Positions 53,387 through 64,000 of a stretch of DNA of 64,000 nucleotides are shown piece by piece. Numbering within the stretch: position 1 is the stretch's first letter; each line of letters opens with the position of its first letter. Position numbers and translations under genes: made by a program. The notes beneath the pieces were generated by a model. It had not been told where the DNA came from and ran no database searches. It was given only the letters and a program-made list of their open reading frames with translations. This DNA comes from Pelomyxa schiedti (lineage: Eukaryota > Protista > Evosea), in the NCBI GenBank assembly GCA_020536535.1, contig JAHLWZ010000275.1, forward strand, positions 1 through 64,000, read 5' to 3'.

Positions 53387-55271
53387 CTAGGCACTCACAC
53401 TGCTGGATGTTGAGTTGGTGTCAGTAGGGAAACCACACCAGGCCCCAAACCACTTCTCAATGCAGTCTATGTACTGACAGACATCACAGGAAATGTCGAT
53501 TTCCAGGTAAATGATGGTGAACCCAACCGCCAACAGTCCAAGCATGATTGGCGTCACAATAATGATGGTGAGGATTCGACTCTGGAAAAAGTTGATAAAG
53601 GGACCGTCAAGCATAATGAAGGTAGGAAGAAGGCCAATTACCATTTTTGGGCACTTGCTTGTAGATGGTACAATTGATGGCAAGAACACGAGTGCACTTA
53701 CAATACCCATAACAAAGCCCCCGATATGGCAAAAATTGTCTATCCCTGAAGATGTGAATTAGTGATTAAAAGTAGCAAGTGGACTCAAACCAGGAAGAAT
53801 CCCCAGAACCAGTGAAAACAAACTGGAAATCACCTTCGGGAAGATTAGTTTACAACCGAAGTTGAAACGCCGCACCAAACAAATAAAATTCTTCAGTGGT
53901 CCCTCCACAAGCTTCCAGTTTTGAATAAGGTCCACAAAAAGAACGCCATTCAAGCCAAAAATAGCACCAGAGGCTCCAGCCTTGGGCAACGTGAGGAGAA
54001 AAGAGAATATTAAAGATTCCATACTTGGGTTTGTGTTGGAAGGAAAATAGTAGAAACGATATTCCCCATGATACCACTTAATATATATATAGGGGCCACT
54101 CTAGAAGCACCGTAGGTCCTCTCCAGGGCTAAGCCTAGCCTGATCTGTTTTCCTGAGTCTAAGAGGAAAAAGAGGAAAGAAAGGACCTGTGTGAACATAT
54201 TCATTGCAATGTGGATGATAGATACATGAAGATAAATCGGGGTGATAAAGCGCCACCATTCACCCCATAGAATAAGTTTTGCAGATTTACCACCACAGTC
54301 AATAAGCTAGAAGTACGCTTAGTTTGAATGGCGAGTAATGATCTTAGATAAAGACAAATACCCCCGCCACAGTGACACTTCCCCAAAGCCAAGGATTCTT
54401 CCAACTCCATGCAGCAGATCCAGTCACCAATTCCCAAACATACAAAATTAGCATCACTGCAGTGGTGAGAAGGGTGAAGAAGGGCTTGTGCTGGGGCGGA
54501 ATGATCAGAGTGTAGTTTCGCATATCGTCATCTAACTCTTCATCATCATCCTTTTTGTGGTGGTGGTGGTGATGATGGTGCTTTTTCCCATCGGAACTTG
54601 GAGCCGGCTCCCCAGATGACTTGTGTCCATGTCCTGACTGGGCACCTGACTTCTTGGGAGGCGGGCGAATGGTGTGACGCTTATTATGTACATCGTTCTG
54701 AGGGTGCCTGCCCCTTCCCCTGCCTTTTCCTCTATTTTTAAATTCGCTTATTGGAGTTACAGTTGGCTCAGGTTGCACAGCACGCAAGTTATCCATTTTG
54801 ATGGCACCTGGAAAGAATGAGAAGGTAACATCCACGAATTGTCACGTTTGCCTGCAAATGGGGGAAGTGTATCGTCGTCCTCATCAGCCCCTGGTGGATG
54901 CCAATCTCCTAATCCAATTACCGGATCTTTGTCTTTGCCCTTATCGGATTCTGTTTAACATTTGGTTCCTCAAGCAAACAGATTGAACAATACCAGCCTT
55001 GGGCACCGACGCAGCCAGAGAATCCCAATCAGGAAATGCCGTTTCCTCATCAGGTGGAGGAGGAGGAAACAATCCAGCCATACCAGAGGGAGCAGCTCCA
55101 ATATCCACTATATTTCCATAAGCATCAACTGCCCACTACATGAAAAGAAATAAGTAATAAGTAAAGGTAAGGCCTGAAGCTATTTACAGGAGATGCTTGT
55201 GTGCCGCTTGTGGCGTTCGAAATTCCAAAGTATTTATCAATGCCACGCAAGGTCTTCTTGGCGATGTCCAT
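53387..55271 (-). CDS. Rhomboid intramembrane serine protease with long cytosolic N-terminus; multi-exon, start approximate
   Basis: NPWLWG, NMFTQ, LERTYG, GASGAIFG (catalytic Ser), DNFCHIGG (catalytic His), C-terminal CDVCQYIDC. Confidence 0.88.
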
Positions 55272-55911
55272 GGGGACAAAATTGGCGTTTTGTGTCGAGT
55301 GTGGTGTTTTGTTTGTACTTGCGGTTTGCTTTTGTGTTATGTGTTGTTTTGTTGGCTTTTATACAGTGGTGTGTCTGGATAACTTGTGACAAAATGGATT
55401 GTTCTAGATCTTGGTACTGCTTGTTGATGAAGATGATGCCGCACGCGTTTACGTGTTTGAGGGGGGAAAAAAAAAGGTGGTTTTACGAATAAAAAGGTGT
55501 CACAGTATCGTAGGCACTGTGAGTCGTTGGTGTGTTGTGTTACGGTGATGCGGTTAACGACACGACGTCGAAAAGGAGATTCGATATTTTTTGTTGTTTT
55601 TGATTTTGTGTTTTGCTTTGCGTTTTTCCCTTTTGATCCGCTAATTTGGGGAAGACGCAAAAACCAAGGCAGCCACCATAAAACAGTGAAAAAAAGGGGC
55701 GGGGGATCCAGATCGCGACGTTTTTTTCTCTCAGTTTAGGCTCCTTCACCGAAACTGTGTGGTAGATCGATCGGCGTTATGCACTCGGCAACAGCGACGA
55801 AAAATTGACAGTCCAAAGGGGGGGAAAAGATTATTAGATAGAACGAAAAGGCAACACACAACTGAAGGTTTGGTGGTTTTGAATTTGTGGTGGTTGTCTA
55901 GTGAAGGTAAT

Positions 55912-58633
55912 CTAGGCTTTTTTCTTGGGACTTGGCTGTAGAACACCTGTCAGTAGTGCAAGAAGGTTACCAACTGGTTTCTCCAGAATTATCCAGGAAG
56001 TGGTAGAGAAAAGCCCGCCTATCACCAAAGTCGATAGGAAGGATGTTACCACAATCACATCGCTGTACAGATAGGGCCACCACCGGCTGTATGCTTCATA
56101 TGTTATCCACAAGGTGTGGGTCAAGTAGATTCCGTAGGTGAGCCTAGATAATGGCTGGAAGAAAGTGTGTGCTAGCAACCCACTAGGTTTTTTTTTTTCC
56201 GCGGTTTAAAAATAAAAAATTCAGTAGAGGAACAGTACCTCAACATTCCACCGTGACCATAGTAGCATGGAATGAGAAGGAAGACAAGGCCAAGAGTCCA
56301 CCCTGTGCGGTTCAAGGCAAACCAGATTATATTTTGGGCTTGATTCCAAGTTCTGAAGTAAGGAAATTTTATCCTAGAAGAAAAGAGCAGGAAAAAACGT
56401 ACTCATCTTGTCGCTCTGGGTAAGATACAAATATTATAAGTAATAGTAGGGTAGTGCCGCATGCAAACGATAAGCCTGCCATCCACCATGTCATCTTCAG
56501 CGTAATCTGAAGCAAAGTGTCACAACAAAAAAGTTAGGACCATGCTTACAAGTCGCTTGTACTTTTCAAGTTGCTTAAAACCTATTGCAAGCATCATTCC
56601 CAGTACATATGGCTGCCATCTCATCCACGGAGCTAATCTGAGTGTGAGAGGGTTTCAGGGAAGAAACTCACCTGAATAAGTGTTGATTCCAGATGTATTT
56701 GATGTTACAGTGATATCATTTGCACCAACAATCGAGCCTGCAGTTATCACACTGGATGCCCAAACAATAATCATCCAGGGCCATCCAATCTATAATTTCA
56801 TGTAATAAATGATCGTTGGGTGGAACACAGATACCTTAGGGGACCACGCAACAACACTAATAACAATAGGTGCTAAAATAAGATAGAACTGCATATCATT
56901 TGCTAAATACCTGGAGGTTGCTTAGTAAACATTAGAAAAGTTGGGTTGGTACCAGGACACTGCTACACAACCAGAAGAGTTATTGGGGCTAGGGTACACG
57001 TTCTGAATATACAAAAGTGTAACCCACCAGTATTTTCTACACTGGTCATTTTCTGGGATATAGCTACAGCTGTAAGTTGGTTGTTAATGAAGGCAATACA
57101 ACCTAAAAGCCAAGGGGCCTTCGATAACCAAAGGTAATACATAAAGTTCCAGCAAAATAACAACTCCCAGTAAAGCAGTGAGGCGTATATACCGTAAAAC
57201 CACAAACATAACTGGTGCTGAGTTAGCACGAAATCAGAGTGAAAAGGATTACCTCCAGACAGAACAGTAGGACGTTTTTGTAAGCAAGGGTACAGCTTCC
57301 ATGCAACCACTAGTCCACTCACTTAAAGGCATTTAAAGTAGAGGCGACAAAGAGGCAGGTTACTAAAGAAAAAAGTGTCCACTGCAAATTCAGATCCCCA
57401 AACAACCATAAAGGTCCACCGAGGAAGCCTAAACAATTTTCAGGAACAATCAACCCAATTCAAGTAAAATACACGTTTCTCAGCACATAAAGCCCATTTT
57501 CAAATCCTCCTCCAAGCCCAAACATTAGTGTGTGCCCCAAAACCACCCTACAAATTATGAATGTCCCAACACATGCCTGAATAATTTCTTACCAACACAT
57601 GCTGAAGAACCTAATTGCATCAAGTTCTCCAATGAAATCTTCAGAGCGAGATTCCACTCTGAAGAGTGAATTACATGTTCGTGCAAGAGAAAAGCAGCTT
57701 AAAATCTGGTACCACATAGGTTTTGGACCCATGTTACGTGGAGGCCTAAACAATTAAGTTAAAGTTCCTTGGACAGACTTCATACGCAGATTGAATTCCA
57801 TGTAGTGGGACTTTCTCTGGGTCAGTGTACTGTTCGAAGGGTTCATCTCTAAAATCGGTCTTGGCATTAGCTTCAACATGGTCATAGATTTTTGTAACAA
57901 AGGTACTGAGGACTCTGTGACTCAGTGGGGAGTACTGGAATTGAAAACATACCAACAAATTGCAATAAGCACAAAAGAACAAAGCAAAGCAAGCGTGGCC
58001 TCGGCACCTGTAGTCCAACCTCCCCATTCATTTTCATCACTGAAGTGGCCAACTGGGTCAGCAATCCTGTTCTCAACATACGGGTCCATTTTGGTAGCGA
58101 TTGTGGGGAAAACGTCTGGGATATCCTTGTTTGTGCAGTTGATAGGCAGGCACAGACCCCACGAACGAGGAATCCCAGTGGCATTAGTTGTGTCATTTGT
58201 TGCTACAATCAGCAAGTGGAATTTGACCACACAATAATGTGCCAAGTCCAGAGAAATACCTATTACCTGAAGTAAGAAAAAATAAAAGAAAAAAGAAAAG
58301 AAAAAAAAAACCCCTGCAGTCACTGGGTCAATTCTTTACTCACAATAGAAAGATTGTGTTGTGAGGTTAAGAGTGTAACATACAATCACTGTATGACCCA
58401 TAATCGTTTACTCGCCTCCCACTGTGCGAGATCATTTCCAGTCCCTCTGGGGTCGTGCCCAGCAGCATTCCCCTTACAGCCTTTTCGCACTCAGTCTTGT
58501 TACTCCCAGCCTGGGCATCAGGCACAGTCTCCTGGGACTCAGCCAGCATCGGAGCCATCATAAGCACAATGACCAACGAACAAGAGAAAACGCCCATCAA
58601 CAAGGAAGATCGAGGCCCTGCCCAACCCGCCAT
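55912..58633 (-). CDS. NRF-6/OACYL-like membrane O-acyltransferase (NRF + Acyl_transf_3); multi-exon
   Basis: Signal peptide, NDYGSY, WGLCLPINCT, LDAIRFFSM, VVLGH, FAVDTFF, YLANDMQFY, PLSRLTYGIYLTH, EKP. Confidence 0.9.
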
Positions 58634-59444
58634 GTGTGATGATGAACCAAACGGTATTTTGAATTTGAAAATTGTTTTTCTTTTGAAACGTGTTCAAGGA
58701 TGGCTGATGAAGGGAACCTTGGGGAGTTCAACTCACAATGGAAAAACCCCAAAACTCCTCGTGAAAGAAATTACGAGATCACGGTGCACCTTCGGATTTT
58801 TGGGAAAGTGATGGAAGCCTCAGAGTTACGTGGTGCTGCCACGTAACTCCCATAATCCCTGCACCACAGTGTGCCAACGGTTAAACTTAAGAATAGCGCC
58901 AGGGCTGCCGCCTAACATGTTTAACCTTGGGAGTGAATCCAAATTCCTCAGGAATTTGTTGGGCAATAAGGGTGAGTTGAGTTCAATGACTGTGAGCCAC
59001 CCAAGAATGATGGTTACACAGAACAGCAACCAAAATTTTTTTTGTTACTTGTACCTGGCTAAAAACAATAGAGCTCATATGCACTCTCATAATCATCATA
59101 AGGATCTACCTGTCAGGGGTTGTGACTGAAGCTGGAGCAATTGTGTACTTCAAGGAAGTCACATCACCCCATCCCGTCAACAACTTATGAATATCTGATC
59201 ATTGCATTTCAAACACCCAACCAAAAAAAAAAACAGGGGGAAAAAGAGAGCACAATCGAACTTGTGGGACTGAGAATGTTGACAAGGAACAAACCAAAAA
59301 CCATATAATTGGACACCACTCGAGAACTCTCGTATCACGTCCCCTCTGATTCCCAGTCGAGTTGAGAAAGCGTTTCATCAAACATCAACTCGGTTTTTTT
59401 TTGACTACTTTTTGTTGGTTGAAAAAGCGAAAGCCACCAAGTCG

Positions 59445-61935
59445 ATGTGGGGATACTACGACGCGGAAAGTGACGAAGACGACAGCGACGAGGGCCAACA
59501 AGGGACTGGAGAGCACAGGACCGCGCCTCCAATGCTGAGCAGCCAGCCTCGTCCGGGTGAATCTGCAAGCAGGCCAGCCCAAGACGTGACGCAGCAGCAG
59601 CAACTGCGGCACCGAAACCGTGCGCCGGGGAGGTCTCTGTTCTACCCAGGCGAAGACGACGACGACGACCGCGACGGGGGATACACCGCCTTCAACGATC
59701 ATGGGAGGAGAGACAGTGCCGCCAAAGTAGCGCCCGAGGTCGTCGAAGAGGACGACGAGAACAAGGCGAGATTGACCGACGAGACCCAACCAGATGACTA
59801 CGAGGACAACGAGATCGAGGACACGTGGGCCAGGCGGGCCTTGATGAACAACAACAACAACAACCGCCACCACCAGAGGTCCCATCAACAGCAGCAGCAA
59901 CAACGACAATGCCTAGGAAGTGAACAGAATGAGAGCGCAGCGCAGGGGACTGTGACTGAGATCGAAGAAGGCGGGGGCCGCAGGTTCCTGGTGGTGTCGA
60001 TACCAAGGGAGGGGGCCGAGGCGGGGGGGGGCCTGGCCGAGGACGACGACGGCGACGGCGACGGGGAGGTGAGCGAGGTGGACGCCGAGCTGCTGAGGAG
60101 CATGTTCCAGCAGCAGGGCCGGATGCGAGCAATCATGGACATGGCCGCCGGGGCCGGGGCCGGGGCAGGGACTGCCTCCGCCCCTCCCGCCTCCTCCTCC
60201 GCCGCCGTGATGGAAAGCGCCAGCGGGCGGCCCAGAATCAGCATGGGGGCGGCCGTGGGAGGGAGCGGCGCCGCCGCCGCCCTCGGTGGTGGCGTCGGGG
60301 GGGCTGCCGCGGCGGTGCTGGGGGCGCAGGGGGGGAACCTGCTGCAGATGGTGCTGGGGGGGATGAGCCCGGAGCAGCGGGAGGAGCTGATCCCGGTGCT
60401 CGAGCAGATTGCCTCTGTGCGATACCTTACCACGTCCCCTCTGGTGTTCCTGCAGAACGCGACTCAATTGTATTTCTGTTGTGTTTGTGTTTTCCTCTCT
60501 CTCATTCCCTCTAGCTGTAGCTGTTGGCGTTATTTTGTTTGTACTGAGCCCGAATTTTTAGGCCAACGCCTTCTCGGGGTCCAGAGGGCTTCAAGCAGTG
60601 GATGGAGTTCGAAGAATATGATATTGTAAAACAGATCAAGGATCCACACATAAGCACCAAGAAGTTGTTTTTGGGGTTCAATATAGATGGTTCTTGTAAC
60701 GCTTTCACGATGAAATCTCACAGCCTCTAGACAATCCCTATGACACTGCACAAGCGTTTCTGTTCAAGGCTGGTCTCACACCTGACAGCCATAATTTTAA
60801 CACCCTGGTACCCACATGTCTTCCCTGCATTTTCTACTGCTAACAGTGTTGCAGGTCATCCAATATGGCATATGGCTAATTCAACTTGCCGGACTTGATC
60901 CAGAGCTTACTGTTGGTGCAACCCTAGACCCAGAGGAAGCTTATGCAGGTAAAAGCTTCAAATTCCCCAATATTAAGATAAGTTTATTGATTACGAGATT
61001 ACAAGTAAAAGCAAAGAATAAATTGTCACCTCCTCCCCTTCCATGTCCCACAAGGCAGTATGGCTATCAAAGCAGCCTGTTGAACCTGCTCCCACATATA
61101 AACCTGTCTCTCAGTCTAATTTCGCTCCTTTTACTGGTGAAGACCTTATTGATCTTTACAAGTACTGTCCGACGTTTTCACTACCAAAGGAAGTGATTTA
61201 AGTGCAGATTTGACAATGGCGATCCCCCTGAGAATTTATTTTTGTCCCTATTTCCCAATAGCAACAATAAGCGCTCGTTTACACTGCAACCCCAAGCTCC
61301 CCCCCAGGTGGAAGTTCTTCAGCCCCAAGTCATGCAGCCACTGAAGCCAGAGGTTGCCCCACAACCTGTACAAACACCCACCCAGCAGCCCAAGTCACAC
61401 CCTCAGCCCCAGATTCAACCACAATTGCAACCGCAACCGCAACCACAACCACAACCACAATTACAACCACAGAAACAAACAGAACAACCGAACGAAAGGT
61501 CCCCACCACTACCAACATCTCCATTACCACAGGTGCCTGGGCAAGTACAAGCAAGTTCCCCCATACAGCAGCCAAAGATACCAGAGCAACTTCCACCAAT
61601 AGACTCGATTACAGTGAAGTTCAGGTTGCTTGCAGGGACTGATTTATCTCTTGTCCACACATTTAAGTCATCCAGCACTTTAGCTGATATGAGAGCGTTT
61701 GTTGCTGAGTATCAACCTAACTACCAACACCCAAATTTCCACTCACAATGGAAACAGAAAAGCGCCTGCACAACCGGCCTATAAACTATCCATGACCAAC
61801 ATGACCAGCTCTCTAGGCAGGAAAGTATTTGATGATTCCCCAGAATATGAGCAAAAAACAAGCCTCCTAGAAGCTGGAATAACAGGCCCCCAAACAATCA
61901 TTTCTTTGTCTCCCGCAAGCACCCCTTCCTCCTAA
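59445..61935 (+). CDS. PFU-like + UBX domain protein (putative Cdc48/p97 cofactor); multi-exon
   Basis: EEYDIVKQI..KLFLGFNID|DNPYDTAQAFL (PFU-like); Q/P linker; ITVKFRLL..HTFKSSSTLADMRAFV..RKVF..SLLEAGI (UBX). Confidence 0.7.
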
Positions 61936-62063
61936 TCTCCTGTATAATTGTTTTGATGCAAATAATTTTTTTTCAAAAAACAACTCTGGTTGTTTTTGTT
62001 CTATGGGTCCTATTTCCTTTACACAAAAAAAGCCTTTCCCCAATTTCCAGAGGAAGTCTGTTC

Positions 62064-64000
62064 TCACGGTCGCCAGCAGCAAAGTGCCACACCACGTTGT
62101 ATCCATACAGAAGGTGGAATACTAGGAGTTCTGGCATCAATGGTGAATAGGACATCAGCCCGGGTTTCGGTGAGATAAACGGGTAATGTAAGTAGTGGAG
62201 TGGGTGGGGCTGAACTTGTCGGTGCAGTTGCCGGTGCCGGTGCTGTGGTTGGTGCTGGAGCTGGTGTTGGTGTTGAGGGTGCCTTGGGCTTCCAGGTGAG
62301 GTGCACTGGTGCAAGGGAAACGTGAACTTCAGTGGTCATGGTGAGTTCATTATTTACAACGGTAGCGCCTTCCAGGGTAATACCTAGGTTGGCCAGAGGT
62401 TAGAGGTTGTGGTGGTTGTTGTGTGAGTGTTTACCTGTTATGAAGAATCCCTCACGCTGGGCTGCAGTTATTGGGGTGAGCTCGGTGGAAGCCTCACTTG
62501 AAGTGGAAAGTGATGAGGCTTCCAAAATAAGAGTTTCCAGAGACCACGAGTGTGCTCTGGCTGCGGCTTGCCTGGTGGCTGTGATGAATGCCTCTGGTAA
62601 AAACATTCCCCCTAGCCAGACCTCTTGAACTCCAGAACATCCTGGCTGAGCTGTGGTATTTCCTCCATTTGGTGGAGCACAGACATTCCACTGGGTCCCT
62701 AGTTTTTCAAGCTGGTTGATACGTTGGGAGAAGTCACGGAAGTATGCTGTCAGAGTGACTGACTCGGGCAATGAATATTTCCGCCACTCCCTTGGTATAA
62801 GCCCTATGCATAAGGTGAGGTCACACAAAAAGTAACAACCCTACAACCTTTTACTAGCTCGTCCATGAGCGTTCGTGAATAGTTGGTATGCTTTTCCTTG
62901 CCATGCACAACTTGAACCACCATAATAAGATCTTTTTTTACCTAAACAGATGTTGATGGGAAGTAGCTTGAAAGTTGTGAGATACTTTGGATAGAAGGCG
63001 GGCACCAGTTTTCATTTCACGAACAAGGCAACGCACAAGAGGGTCACTGGACTTCTCCGCAGCAGGAGTAATATTAAGTTGAGACTTTTGTGGGGGTGAG
63101 ATCATTTCACTTTGGTTGGGGTTGGAGTACCTGAGGTAGAAGTTTCATCCATGATTCAACATCCTTGCATAGAGACCTCATCCATGCAGGGATACCCGAG
63201 TCTTTCTCTGCTAATATTTTGATAAGTTCCTTAAAAAAAAAGAGGTAAAAGGAGTGCCTTGTCCTTGGTCTGTTGGTTGAGCTTCAGAGGCAATATCCCC
63301 CTCATCCGTACTTTGCATGCGGTGCACCTGACGCAACATTCTACTGCCTTGAGTTGTAAGCAGAAGTAATTCTGCATTATCTGGCAGGCCAAGCAGCATA
63401 GGGGACTCTTTGAAAGCCACTGTTTCTACCCACTCAAGACTTTTTTTTTCAGTGAGTATGAAAGAGTACGAAAGTCGAAATACCATTGAGCACGTTGGGT
63501 ACTGCTTGGCATTACCACATTTCCATCTTGTGTTGGAGCAAGTGCAAAGTTAATTCCCAAACTATCCGGTAAGAAAACTTTCTCCAATAGAGATTGCAAA
63601 ATTCTTTGATCGAAAATGTTATCAATTCTACCACCATAAATTGTCTGTGCCAGTAAAGTTCTGTTTGGTTTTTTTAAGAAAACCTGTGAGAAGGAACGGT
63701 AACTATTCTGGGTGAGGATACCGCAAAGCTACCCACGGAACTTGTGTGGGAGGCACAGATGACTTGCCTTGTGCAGCTAGATTTATCCAGTAATCAATTG
63801 TATCCATTGCACATTTGTGATCAGTCTCACTGAATTCGAATGTCTTGGTCCACCCTTCAGGCACATACCTGGAGAACTAAATAAAAATTTTATTCGGAAG
63901 ATGAAAAACCTAAGTCTTTCTTGTACAACTGAATGAAACCAGCAAAGAAGCATGTACAGCCGGGAGCGTTCCTGGGGTACTTTGTCCATTCGAGCAGTGT
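62064..64000 (-). CDS. Cytoplasmic dynein heavy chain, C-terminal part (5' end outside the window)
   Basis: [23 protein letters not shown]|[48 protein letters not shown]. Confidence 0.95.

Noticed and set aside
53387-54450. Inactive iRhom, suggested by the long N-terminus
   Set aside because: GASG (not GPx) and the catalytic His are both retained.
60520-60560. Apparent in-frame CxxU (FCLY-TGA), suggesting a selenoprotein
   Set aside because: The TGA most likely lies in an intron whose acceptor is at ~60561 (ttttag); there is no redoxin context and I recognised no SECIS element.

Overview
Gene-dense eukaryotic genomic DNA (roughly 45% GC by eye), not prokaryotic. It has many very short spliceosomal introns (~40-50 nt), GC-rich low-complexity first exons, poly-A/T tracts and very short intergenic spacers. 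The gene content (CAR-type GPCR, CD36/LIMP, class I PI3K with a long N-terminal disordered region, bacterial-type thiolase) suggests an amoebozoan, possibly an anaerobic archamoeba such as Pelomyxa; this is inference only. I reconstructed about 20 multi-exon genes by hand: GPCR, CFP1/Spp1-like, SANT protein, ATG4, ART-Sel1 fusion, atypical Rho, thiolase, p400/Domino-like, ATG1/ULK, Dicer, CD36/LIMP, DUS4, PI3K, condensin CAP-H, TRIM-filamin-TLDc, METTL21, rhomboid, NRF-6 acyltransferase, PFU-UBX and the 3' end of dynein heavy chain. Most notable: (1) a toxin-like R-S-EXE ADP-ribosyltransferase fused to Sel1 repeats, lying 185 bp downstream of a Rho GTPase that carries natural G12F+Q61L substitutions and has no CAAX box; (2) a p400-like HSA-ATPase-SANT protein whose ATPase motifs are all degenerate; (3) a PAZ-containing Dicer with a dead helicase; (4) a small inverted-repeat/hairpin element in two copies with flanking direct repeats; (5) unusual PFU-UBX and TRIM-TLDc domain combinations. 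Gene boundaries are manual splices and approximate.
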